The notes under the pieces: generated by a model | The model's input: only the letters and a program-made list of their open reading frames with translations | Told to the model about the DNA's origin: nothing | The model's database searches: none | Translations under genes and position numbers: made by a program | In this document: piece by piece, positions 46,115-53,723 of the stretch | Numbering within the stretch: the stretch's first letter is position 1 | Layout of the letters: each line of letters starts with the position of its first letter | Assembly (NCBI GenBank): GCA_964437025.1 | Contig: CAYTEZ010000001.1 | Span: 1-62,268 of the forward strand | Direction of reading: 5' to 3' | DNA length: 62,268 bases | Source: an uncultured Gammaproteobacteria bacterium | GTDB taxonomy: Bacteria > Patescibacteriota > Patescibacteriia > Patescibacteriales > UBA12465

Positions 46115-48646
46115 TTATCCTAATACTATTCTATTCTTCCCTCGATAATAATAATATTTAACTAATTCAGAACAAAATAAATAAATCATAGTTACTCCGA
46201 TTATCAACATTAAATGAATAAAGGAAGGAGCAACAAAACTAAATATATCTTGCCCCCAAGAAGTAAACGGAATGATTATAGTAAATGCTATAGCAAGTGA
46301 TGTTAATATTATAATCATATTAGAAGGACGACTAGACTTAAACATAAATCTCTTGGTACGAATTGAGAATAAGAAAACTAATTCCGTTAAGATACTGGAG
46401 ATAAACCAATTAGTTTGCAAAACCCCTGGTGAAATTTTGTAAAACATCGCAAAAAAAGTAAAATCAAAAATTGATGAAAGTAACCCCAGTATCATAGCGA
46501 TAATAATAATATCTTTTACCTGATATTTTTTAGGCGATAACAATTCTTCCTTGTCCACATTATCAGTAGCAATAGCAATCATTGGAAAATCAGATAATAG
46601 GTTTAATAACAAAATCTGAAGTGGAAGCATTGGTAAAAAATCGATAATCAAAGAAGCGATAGCTACTGCATAAAAATTACCAAAGTTAGAAGCTAGCGTT
46701 GCTTTAATATATTTATTGCTATTAGCAAATATTTTTCGACCTTCTTTAATACCATCAATAATAACTCGCAAGTCACTTTGAAGTAAAATAATATCAGCTG
46801 TTTCTCGAGCAATATCAGAAGCGTGTTGAACTACTAGCGAAACACCAGCAATCTTCAAAGCTGGAGCATCATTAATACCATCACCCAAATAACCAACACT
46901 ATATTTCTTTTGCAAAGTTTCAATTATTTCAAATTTCTGTTCCGGCAAAACACGAGCAAAAACATGATACTCTTCCACTACTTTAATTTTTTCTTCATCG
47001 GATAGACCTGCTAAGTCTTTGGCCAAAAATACTTTTTTTGGATCATCAATCAAACCAATTTGGTAAGCTACAGCACCAGCTACTTCAGCACTATCACCGG
47101 TAATAATCTTTAAACCAACCCCAGCCTCGTGAGCATCAAGAACTGCTTGTATAGTTGAGTCTTTTACCGGATCAGCAAAAACTATCATTCCTAAAAACTC
47201 TAAATCTTTTTCTTCTTCTATCAAATTCTTTTTTAAATCATCTAACTTAACTTCCGCTATTTTTTTTCTAGCAACTCCCAAAACTCGACGACCCAAAAAT
47301 CCCTGCTCAGCTATCCATTTTAGACAAGCTTCTTTTTTAGCTTCATCTAAATTAGTAACTAAGGAAAACAAAACCTCTGGAGCTCCCCGAACAATTAATT
47401 CCAAACCCTCCCCTTTTACCAAGGCATTGTTTCTTTGTCTTTCTGGATCGAAAGGAGTATCAATGATAAATTCAAACTTATTCAAATTAGCCTTATCTTC
47501 TTCATCCATCTTTTCTGATAGAGCAATATCAAATGGTTCATATTTTTCACTCAAACGAGCTGAGGCTAAATTAGCATAAAGCAAAGTAGTCTTTACTGGG
47601 AATAAGGAATCATAGAAATCAATAGCGGTTAATTTGTTTTCAGTTAAAGTCCCAGTTTTATCAGAGCACAATATATCAATATTACCCAAATCTTCAACTG
47701 AAGATAGCCTTTTTATAATAACATCTTTTTTAGCTAGATTCATTGCCCCGCGAGAAAAAGAAAAGGTCATAACTAAAGGTAAGGCTTCTGGAATAACTGA
47801 AATAGCTAAGGCAATAGAGAAAATGGTTAACTCTAAAATATTCAGTCCTTCTTTAAAGAAAGCATTAAAAACAAAAACAAAAATTAAAGTAACCAAAACT
47901 AGCTTTAGAATAAAAGAAGAAAATTTAGAAATACCTTTTTCAAAATCACTCACCCTTTTTGTTTGAGTTGTCATCTTAGCCACACTACCTAAAAAAGTAT
48001 CCTTACCCACGGCCACCACAATGGCTTTAGCTTTTCCCTTAACTACTGAAGTACCAGAAAAACAAATATTTTTAGCTGATAAGTAATTTAAGTCTTCACT
48101 TCCATCAAATTCAGCTTGCTTTAACACAGCCACTGATTCACCGGTTAAAACTGATTCATCCAAACAAAGATCACAAGCTTCAATAATTCTTAAATCAGCT
48201 CCCACTTTGTCACCAGTTTCTAAAATTACAACATCACCCACAACTAAATCTTCACTATCAATCATATTCTTTTCTCCATCTCTAATAACCCGAGCTCTAA
48301 TCTTTACATACTTTTTTAATAATTTAACGGTATTTTCTGAACGATACTCCTGAAAAAAACCTAAGATAGTATTAATTACTATAAACAACAAAATCATTAG
48401 CCCTTCAGTAACTTGACCTAAAACAAAAGAAAGAACTACTGCCGCTAATAGTAAATAGATAAAAGCAGATTTAAATTGTTTAAAAAATATCTTCCACCAT
48501 TTAATACTGCTCTGAGGCAAAATATTTCTCCCATTCTTTAACAAACGATTACTAGCTTCTTTTATACTCAAACCTTTATCCAAGTCACTTTTTAAATCCA
48601 AAGCAACATCAGATAGGTCTCTTTTAGCTATTTGCAAAACATCCAT
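46115..48646 (-). CDS. cation-transporting P-type ATPase (P2/P3-type, MgtA- or Ca-ATPase-like)
   Basis: TGES, PEALP, the phosphorylation motif CSDKTGTLT, the hinge GDGINDAPALK, and 10 predicted TM helices. Confidence 0.92.
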   Translation of the reverse strand: MDVLQIAKRDLSDVALDLKSDLDKGLSIKEASNRLLKNGRNILPQSSIKWWKIFFKQFKSAFIYLLLAAVVLSFVLGQVTEGLMILLFIVINTILGFFQEYRSENTVKLLKKYVKIRARVIRDGEKNMIDSEDLVVGDVVILETGDKVGADLRIIEACDLCLDESVLTGESVAVLKQAEFDGSEDLNYLSAKNICFSGTSVVKGKAKAIVVAVGKDTFLGSVAKMTTQTKRVSDFEKGISKFSSFILKLVLVTLIFVFVFNAFFKEGLNILELTIFSIALAISVIPEALPLVMTFSFSRGAMNLAKKDVIIKRLSSVEDLGNIDILCSDKTGTLTENKLTAIDFYDSLFPVKTTLLYANLASARLSEKYEPFDIALSEKMDEEDKANLNKFEFIIDTPFDPERQRNNALVKGEGLELIVRGAPEVLFSLVTNLDEAKKEACLKWIAEQGFLGRRVLGVARKKIAEVKLDDLKKNLIEEEKDLEFLGMIVFADPVKDSTIQAVLDAHEAGVGLKIITGDSAEVAGAVAYQIGLIDDPKKVFLAKDLAGLSDEEKIKVVEEYHVFARVLPEQKFEIIETLQKKYSVGYLGDGINDAPALKIAGVSLVVQHASDIARETADIILLQSDLRVIIDGIKEGRKIFANSNKYIKATLASNFGNFYAVAIASLIIDFLPMLPLQILLLNLLSDFPMIAIATDNVDKEELLSPKKYQVKDIIIIAMILGLLSSIFDFTFFAMFYKISPGVLQTNWFISSILTELVFLFSIRTKRFMFKSSRPSNMIIILTSLAIAFTIIIPFTSWGQDIFSFVAPSFIHLMLIIGVTMIYLFCSELVKYYYYRGKNRIVLG

Positions 48647-48706
48647 ATAATTAATTATTTAAATAAATATGCTTAAATTATATAATAAAAAAGGGCTTTT
48701 GTCTAT

Positions 48707-48745
48707 TAAAAAATCCCTTGTAGTGTTTAGAACAATCCAAGGGAT
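48707..48745 (-). terminator. intrinsic terminator of the single-domain paralog gene
   Basis: Minus-strand RNA AUCCCUUGG-AUUGUUCUAAACACUA-CAAGGGAU is followed by UUUUUAAU. It shares the ATCCCTTG/CAAGGGAT arms with the terminator at 49376-49436. Confidence 0.5.
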
Positions 48746-48754
48746 AAAAATGTT

Positions 48755-49276
48755 TTAAGACTTTATAATTTGTGGAACAACCACAAAATGACGAACATTT
48801 CCTCGTCCAATTGCAAGGGTATCAAAAGGGAAAGAAAAGATATACAAACCATCCGAGTAAGCCCCAATAAAAACCACCAAGAGATTTTCATTTATAGCTG
48901 GTTTGTCAGAATCTTCTTTCGCCAAAAAAAGAGTCATATAATGATCATCGCAAAACCAATCAGGTTGGGTTTCACAAAAATTATTAATCTGATTTTGTGT
49001 CAGAACTAACTCTTCTAAATCAACACCAAAACTATTAAATACCTCTTTGCCGAAACCATCTCTAAATAATTCGTAAATGCTTACCAATGTTTTTTTAGTT
49101 TCTGGTCCTTTTTTTGTTAAAGGCCAATTATTAAACTCAGAATTAATACCAGCCTTAAAAATTGTCTTCGCATTATAAATCAATTTATTACCATCAGTTG
49201 ATTCAATAGTAACTTCCCTTTTTTCTACATCTAATAACATAAAATGGGTTTGAAAAACAAGTTCTTTTTCCATCAT
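48755..49276 (-). CDS. hypothetical protein, a single copy of the unrecognised ~165-aa domain repeated in the upstream gene
   Basis: TIESTDGNKLIY ... KKGPETKKTLVSIYEL ... LVLTQNQINNFCETQP ... TLFLAKE ... HFVVVPQ aligns block for block with each repeat of the 560-aa ORF. The track start (GTG 49306) lies in the conserved non-coding leader, so the start was trimmed to ATG 49276. Confidence 0.65.
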   Translation of the reverse strand: MMEKELVFQTHFMLLDVEKREVTIESTDGNKLIYNAKTIFKAGINSEFNNWPLTKKGPETKKTLVSIYELFRDGFGKEVFNSFGVDLEELVLTQNQINNFCETQPDWFCDDHYMTLFLAKEDSDKPAINENLLVVFIGAYSDGLYIFSFPFDTLAIGRGNVRHFVVVPQIIKS

Positions 49277-49280
49277 TATT

Positions 49281-49374
49281 TTTTTTAAACGAACTTTTGC
49301 CCGCACTTCCTGACAGGCTTAGGGATATTTGAATATCAAAGTAATATACAACTAATGATGAAAAAGGTCAAGAT
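49281..49374 (-). repeat. copy A of a ~94-bp promoter plus 5'-leader repeat (partner at 51168-51261)
   Basis: By hand alignment it is identical to copy B except at 3 positions (49290, 49357, 49358). The minus strand contains TTGACC (49366-49371), a 17-nt spacer, then TATATT (49343-49348). Confidence 0.8.
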
Positions 49375-49375
49375 A

Positions 49376-49436
49376 TAAAAAATCCCTTGGATTTCAAGAA
49401 CATATATTAATATATGTTCAAGATAATCCAAGGGAT
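49376..49436 (-). terminator. intrinsic terminator of the 560-aa triple-domain gene
   Basis: The long hairpin has arms ATCCCTTGGATT...GAACATATATTA and TAATATATGTTC...AATCCAAGGGAT: 12 + 12 bp around an internal loop. On the minus strand UUUUUUAU follows, and it runs straight into the next -35. Confidence 0.6.
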
Positions 49437-49475
49437 AAAGAAACAAAGTATCAAAGTGATAAAAAGTTAAAGTTT

Positions 49476-51158
49476 TTAAGCAACAAGGAGTTGCGGAACA
49501 ATGATGCGATACTGGTACAGAGCGTCCCAAGCATCATTATCCTCAAGGCGGTCAATGCCGACGCGCAAACCATCGAGGTCAACATACACATGGATCACGA
49601 AATAGTTGTCACCCTCTTTTGTTAAAAACAGAGTAGCATGCCCATTCCGACGAAGCCAATTTGGGTGTTTTTCGCAAAAATCAATAATTTGGTGTTGTGT
49701 CATCAACAACTTGTCCAAATCAACATTGAAACCTTGAAAAATTTGTTTTCCAGTACCACCTTTTACCAACTCATAAACACTTACTGGTGTTTTTTTAGTT
49801 GCAACACCCTTTTTGGCCAATCCGTAATTCTTAAAATCTAAATTGATATAAGATTTAAAGATTGACCCAGAACCATAGATGAAACGACTTCCATCTGTAG
49901 CGTCAAGGTTAATTTCTGAATTGCCAGAAATCAATTTCGCATGAGAAGTTTCAGCTAAGGGTAATTTAACAATTTCCTCTTCTTGAAATTGTATTGGAAC
50001 TATAACGCGATAGCATTGCAAACCAAAATAAAAAACATCCTCATTAAAACGGGCAACGCGGGTGCTTAACCTGGTGTCCGAACTAGAAATATTAGCCCAC
50101 ACGCTAACAATAAAATAACAACCTTGCTCCTTAATCAAAAACAGAGTAGCTTGTCCATCTCGAAAGCAAGACAAATGCTTTTCGCAGAAATTAATAACCT
50201 GATGTTGCGTAAAAGCTAACCTTTCTAATCCAACTTTAAAGCTTTTAAAAAGTTTCTTTCCTGTTCCATGTTTTGTTGATTCATAAATTGAAACCAAAGT
50301 TTTTTCTGTAGCACCACCTTTTTTGTTTAATCTAAAATCTTCAAATTTTTGATCAATATCCGATTCAAAAGTGAGCTTGGCTTCAGAAATAAATCTACTA
50401 CCATCAGTGGCGTCAAGACTAATTTCTTTATCACTAGAAATTAGCTCTAGGTGAGAAGTTTCCATTAAGGGTAATTTAAAAATTTCTTCTCTTCTAAATT
50501 GTGTCGGAACAACAATGTAATGATGACTAACAAAAATATTTTCATGATTAAAATGATGAACATTAACCCATAAACCATTGGAGTGAATCTTTACCCAAAC
50601 AATAAAATATTTATAATATTCTTTAATCAAAAAAAGTGTAACACCATTTTGACAAAGCAGAGATGGGTGTTTTTCGCAAAAATCAATAATTTGATTCTGT
50701 GTTAACACTAGTTCGTCTAACTTAACAAAAAATCTTTTAAAAAATTCTTGTCCTGTCCCTGGTTTTGTTGATTCATAAACGCTTACTAATGTTTTTTCGG
50801 TTGGAATACTTTTTTTGCCCAGATTATATCTCTTAAAATTTTCTTCAATTTTGTCTTTAAAAGTTGGTTCTGCTTCAGAAATAAATCTGCTACCATCGGT
50901 AGCTTCAAGGTTAATTTCTGAGTTTCCAGAAATTAATTTTAAGTTAGAGGTTTGAGAAATAACCTGCAAGGGTCTTTTACTAAATTTTTTATCTCTTTTA
51001 AGAAATTTACCCTCTATGTTGCACTGCAGACTGTCTATGAAGTCCTCTGGATCAAAGGGACATCCACTTTCTTGACGAAGTTGACGTTTCAACTCCAAAA
51101 TTTTACCATCAATACGAATGTATTGCTCGCCGGTGACATTAAATTTTTCTTTTGCCAT
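49476..51158 (-). CDS. hypothetical protein: ~57-aa head plus three tandem copies of an unrecognised ~165-aa domain
   Basis: The repeats are at about aa 58-220, 221-390 and 391-560 (nt 50499-50987, 49989-50498, 49479-49988). Shared blocks are LISGNSEINL(E/D)ATDGSRFI, KKG..T.KT.VS(V/I)YE, GTG, TQ(N/H)Q(I/V)I(D/N)FCEKH, TLFL(I/T)KE, and Y/H-x-(I/V)(I/V)VP.Q. There is no TM segment or signal peptide. Confidence 0.7.
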   Translation of the reverse strand: MAKEKFNVTGEQYIRIDGKILELKRQLRQESGCPFDPEDFIDSLQCNIEGKFLKRDKKFSKRPLQVISQTSNLKLISGNSEINLEATDGSRFISEAEPTFKDKIEENFKRYNLGKKSIPTEKTLVSVYESTKPGTGQEFFKRFFVKLDELVLTQNQIIDFCEKHPSLLCQNGVTLFLIKEYYKYFIVWVKIHSNGLWVNVHHFNHENIFVSHHYIVVPTQFRREEIFKLPLMETSHLELISSDKEISLDATDGSRFISEAKLTFESDIDQKFEDFRLNKKGGATEKTLVSIYESTKHGTGKKLFKSFKVGLERLAFTQHQVINFCEKHLSCFRDGQATLFLIKEQGCYFIVSVWANISSSDTRLSTRVARFNEDVFYFGLQCYRVIVPIQFQEEEIVKLPLAETSHAKLISGNSEINLDATDGSRFIYGSGSIFKSYINLDFKNYGLAKKGVATKKTPVSVYELVKGGTGKQIFQGFNVDLDKLLMTQHQIIDFCEKHPNWLRRNGHATLFLTKEGDNYFVIHVYVDLDGLRVGIDRLEDNDAWDALYQYRIIVPQLLVA

Positions 51159-51167
51159 GACAATATT

Positions 51168-51261
51168 TTTTTTAAATGAACTTTTGCCCGCACTTCCTGA
51201 CAGGCTTAGGGATATTTGAATATCAAAGTAATATACAACTAATAGTGAAAAAGGTCAAGAT
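51168..51261 (-). repeat. copy B of the ~94-bp promoter plus 5'-leader repeat
   Basis: See copy A. Here -35 TTGACC is at 51253-51258 and -10 TATATT at 51230-51235. Its distal end overlaps the stop codon of the histidine kinase gene (51261-51263). Confidence 0.8.
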
Positions 51262-52067
51262 TAAAAACAAACCCTAAACACTGAGCCCTGACCTAGGGTA
51301 CTTTCTACTTCAATCCTGGCCTTGAGATGATTTTCGGCTATATCTTTAACCACTGCTAAACCTAAACCACAGTTTTTACTATCCTCACTCTTTATATCCT
51401 TAAGAGAGAAAAAGGTTTCAAATATCTTTTTTAAATATTTATCGGAAATACCACAACCATTATCAGAAACCTCTAATATGAATTCCTTGTCCCTGTAATA
51501 TGTGCTAACCTTTATTCTCCTATTCTCTTCTCTCTCAGAAAAAGATTCAATAGCATTAGCTAGTAGATTTAGTAAAACACGAAAAAACATATTTCCGTTT
51601 CCTTTAAGCAAACAAGTATTGGTTAATGATAATTCTAAATTAATATTTTTGTTTACAAAATAGAAATTGAAAATTGATAGAGCATTATTAATTTCTTGAT
51701 TAATATCAAAGGTATCAAGCTCCTTATCCCCCTTCAAACAATGCCTATAGTTTTTTAGTAAGCTAATAATTCTCTGATTTATATCCAAGCCCTGACTGCT
51801 TAGCTTCTCAACCGATAGAGCATCATGAGAATTAATTTTAATCTGTTGCCAAGCTAAATTAGAAGCACTTAAAATATTGCAAACATCATGATATACCCCC
51901 AAAGAAAGCTTCCCAGCTTCAGCTAAATTATGTTCTCTAGACATTTTTCTAAAACAATCCTTGAGTAAACAAGAATGAGAATATCTATACCTTAGACAGC
52001 GATACACTAAAAAAACCACTGCCACAAACAAAAATGAGATAACGTGGAGATAAATAATTCTAAACAT
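51261..52067 (-). CDS. small membrane-anchored histidine kinase without an obvious sensor domain
   Basis: One N-terminal TM (IIYLHVISFLFVAVVFLVY), an H-box LGVYHDVCNILSA, an N-box LLNLLANAIES, and G-boxes SDNGCGI and GLGLAVVKDIAE. There is no adjacent response regulator. Confidence 0.8.
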   Translation of the reverse strand: MFRIIYLHVISFLFVAVVFLVYRCLRYRYSHSCLLKDCFRKMSREHNLAEAGKLSLGVYHDVCNILSASNLAWQQIKINSHDALSVEKLSSQGLDINQRIISLLKNYRHCLKGDKELDTFDINQEINNALSIFNFYFVNKNINLELSLTNTCLLKGNGNMFFRVLLNLLANAIESFSEREENRRIKVSTYYRDKEFILEVSDNGCGISDKYLKKIFETFFSLKDIKSEDSKNCGLGLAVVKDIAENHLKARIEVESTLGQGSVFRVCF

Positions 52068-52071
52068 AGAG

Positions 52072-52103
52072 ATAAAAAGAAAAACAGCCGGGAGAGGCTG
52101 TTT
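52072..52103 (-). terminator. intrinsic terminator of the mtaB-like gene
   Basis: Minus-strand RNA AACAGCC-UCUCCC-GGCUGUU is followed by UUUCUUUUUAUCU. Confidence 0.55.
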
Positions 52104-52105
52104 AT

Positions 52106-53353
52106 CTATAGTTTATATTTAATAATTTTTCCTATACTTTTTTTGGGTGAATGCATCTTTCTTGGAGAAAGAAAAAGATCAAAGTAATACTGACTTTTAG
52201 CCCTTATCTTTCCGGCCTCAACTGATTCAATGATAACATCTAGTTCTTTAGACTGACTAAGTATTTCTTTTTTAAAATCTTGCTCTTGTTTTTTTGACAA
52301 AGCCCGGAGTTCTTTTGATCTGTTTTTTATATCAATTGAGCTGACCTTATCCGGATAATGAAAAGCCGGAGCTTTCTCATGAGCCGAAAAAGAAAAAACA
52401 TGAATTTTGGAAAATTTAATTAACTTGCAAAATTCATAGGTAGCTTGAAAATCAATATCTTTTTCTCCTGGAAAACCAACGATAACATCGGTAGAAATAG
52501 CCATATCTGGCATTTTTTCTCTAATCTTTTCTATTCTTTTAGCGAAATAATTAGTATCATACGGACGGTTCATTAATTTAAGTATTTTGTCATTGCCTGA
52601 TTGAAGTGGAATGTGTAGATGACGGCACATTTTTTCATTTTTAGACATTAAATCAATTAGCTCATCACTAACCTCAGTTATCTCAATGGAGCTCAAACGA
52701 AGACGGAAATTACCTTTAAGAGCTAAGATGTCTTTTAAAATTGAGATCAAGCTTTCACCTTTTGTTTTAAAATCTTTAGCATATAATCCTAAATGAATCC
52801 CTGAAAGAACAATTTCTTCAATACCATTTTTAAGTACTGTTTTAATTTCTTTTAATATTTCTTTGCTAGAACGACTTTTAAGCGGTCCCCTAGCAAAAGG
52901 TATAACACAATAGGAGCAAAATTGCTCACAACCATCTTGAATTTTTATAAAGTAACGAGAGCGATCATCAATAATATTTAAAGCTTCACAAGCCGGTTTC
53001 TTTTCATTATTATTAAATATTTTCTTAATTTCTTTGGCTATTTTTTCAATATTTCTTTCGTTAAAGATAAAATCAACCTCTAAATCTTCAATTTGATAAA
53101 TCTTAGGCCAACAACCCATAAGGATAGTTATAGCTTTAGGATGTTGTTTTTTGAAAGTTGAGAGTAATTTACGACTTTTGGAGATAGCAGTTTTAGTAAC
53201 CGAACAAGAATTAATAATAATCAAATTTAAACCCTTCTCAGCTTTAATAAAGTTGTTGGCACTTAAAATATTAGCCAACACAGCTGAGTCATATTGATTA
53301 ACCTTGCAACCTAAAGTTAAAATCTTAAATTTTATCTTTTGTTCTGTATTCAT
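52106..53353 (-). CDS. mtaB: radical-SAM methylthiotransferase of the MiaB/RimO/MtaB family (MtaB-like)
   Basis: N-terminal UPF0004 domain FKILTLGCKVNQYDS and radical SAM cluster CEQFCSYCVIP. The start was trimmed to the ATG at 53353 (MNTEQKIKF). Confidence 0.82.
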   Translation of the reverse strand: MNTEQKIKFKILTLGCKVNQYDSAVLANILSANNFIKAEKGLNLIIINSCSVTKTAISKSRKLLSTFKKQHPKAITILMGCWPKIYQIEDLEVDFIFNERNIEKIAKEIKKIFNNNEKKPACEALNIIDDRSRYFIKIQDGCEQFCSYCVIPFARGPLKSRSSKEILKEIKTVLKNGIEEIVLSGIHLGLYAKDFKTKGESLISILKDILALKGNFRLRLSSIEITEVSDELIDLMSKNEKMCRHLHIPLQSGNDKILKLMNRPYDTNYFAKRIEKIREKMPDMAISTDVIVGFPGEKDIDFQATYEFCKLIKFSKIHVFSFSAHEKAPAFHYPDKVSSIDIKNRSKELRALSKKQEQDFKKEILSQSKELDVIIESVEAGKIRAKSQYYFDLFLSPRKMHSPKKSIGKIIKYKL

Positions 53354-53424
53354 TAAATTAACTAAAAAAAATCTTAACAATTAAGATCTTCTTTAAAAAA
53401 TGAAATAAACTTGAGTGACGAATG

Positions 53425-53498
53425 AGCCGCCTGTCGGGTTCGAACCGACGACCTACTGTTTACAAGACAGTCGCTCTGGCCAGCTGAGCTAAGGCGGC
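53425..53498 (-). tRNA. tRNA-Thr (anticodon UGU)
   Basis: The minus strand reads GCCGCCTTAGCTCAGCTGGCCAGAGCGACTGTCTTGTAAACAGTAGGTCGTCGGTTCGAACCCGACAGGCGGCT. It folds as a cloverleaf with acceptor GCCGCCT/AGGCGGC, anticodon loop CTTGTAA and T-loop GGTTCGAA. The 3' CCA is not encoded. Confidence 0.9.
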
Positions 53499-53508
53499 AG
53501 TATTTATG

Positions 53509-53581
53509 TGCGCCCAGCAGGATTCGAACCTGCGACCTTCTGCTTAAAAGGCAGCTGCTCTACCGACTGAGCTATGAGCGC
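53509..53581 (-). tRNA. tRNA-Lys (anticodon UUU)
   Basis: The minus strand reads GCGCTCATAGCTCAGTCGGTAGAGCAGCTGCCTTTTAAGCAGAAGGTCGCAGGTTCGAATCCTGCTGGGCGCA. The anticodon loop is CTTTTAA and the T-loop is GGTTCGAA. The 3' CCA is not encoded. Confidence 0.9.
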
Positions 53582-53620
53582 AAAATAAAACAAATCATAA
53601 ATAAATTCATGATTAATTTA

Positions 53621-53649
53621 ATTATAAAGGAAAAAATTATTTTTGGCAA
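53621..53649 (-). promoter_or_regulatory. putative promoter of the tRNA-Lys/tRNA-Thr (and possibly mtaB) transcript
   Basis: The minus strand reads TTGCCA (53644-53649), a 17-nt spacer, then TATAAT (53621-53626), about 40 nt upstream of the tRNA-Lys 5' end. Confidence 0.45.
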
Positions 53650-53651
53650 GT

Positions 53652-53682
53652 GGTGGATTAGCAGTGGATTACTAGTGGAAAA
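53652..53682 (+). repeat. three direct 9-mers at 11-bp phasing between the divergent tRNA and dnaB promoters (DnaA-box-like)
   Basis: GGTGGATTA (53652-53660), AGTGGATTA (53663-53671) and AGTGGAAAA (53674-53682). Each matches TGTGGATAA, the complement of the DnaA box TTATCCACA, at 7 of 9 positions. Confidence 0.5.
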
Positions 53683-53688
53683 AATAGC

Positions 53689-53717
53689 TTGAAAAATGTG
53701 GCTAACTAGGATATTAT
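53689..53717 (+). promoter_or_regulatory. putative dnaB promoter
   Basis: TTGAAA (53689-53694), a 17-nt spacer, then TATTAT (53712-53717). Only 6 nt separate the -10 from the dnaB ATG at 53724. Confidence 0.45.
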
Positions 53718-53723
53718 ATAGGC

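Noticed and set aside
49277-49306. GTG-initiated N-terminal extension (MRAKVRLKKI) of the single-domain paralog.
   Set aside because: The same sequence upstream of the 560-aa gene is out of frame with its ATG. The conserved block is therefore a non-coding leader.
49336-49530. 64-aa minus-strand ORF spanning the cassette junction.
   Set aside because: It covers the terminator hairpin and the promoter/leader repeat and overlaps the end of the 560-aa gene. It is much better explained as regulatory DNA.
49281-51261. Possibility that the repeated 94-bp elements are a CRISPR array or IS ends.
   Set aside because: There are only two copies, in direct orientation about 1.9 kb apart. Each contains a promoter and abuts a start codon. 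No transposase is present, no short regular spacers, and no inverted termini.
53652-53682. Calling this repeat cluster the chromosomal origin (oriC).
   Set aside because: There are only three imperfect boxes. No dnaA or dnaN gene is nearby and no obvious AT-rich unwinding element stands out from the AT-rich background. It is kept only as a regulatory-site hypothesis.
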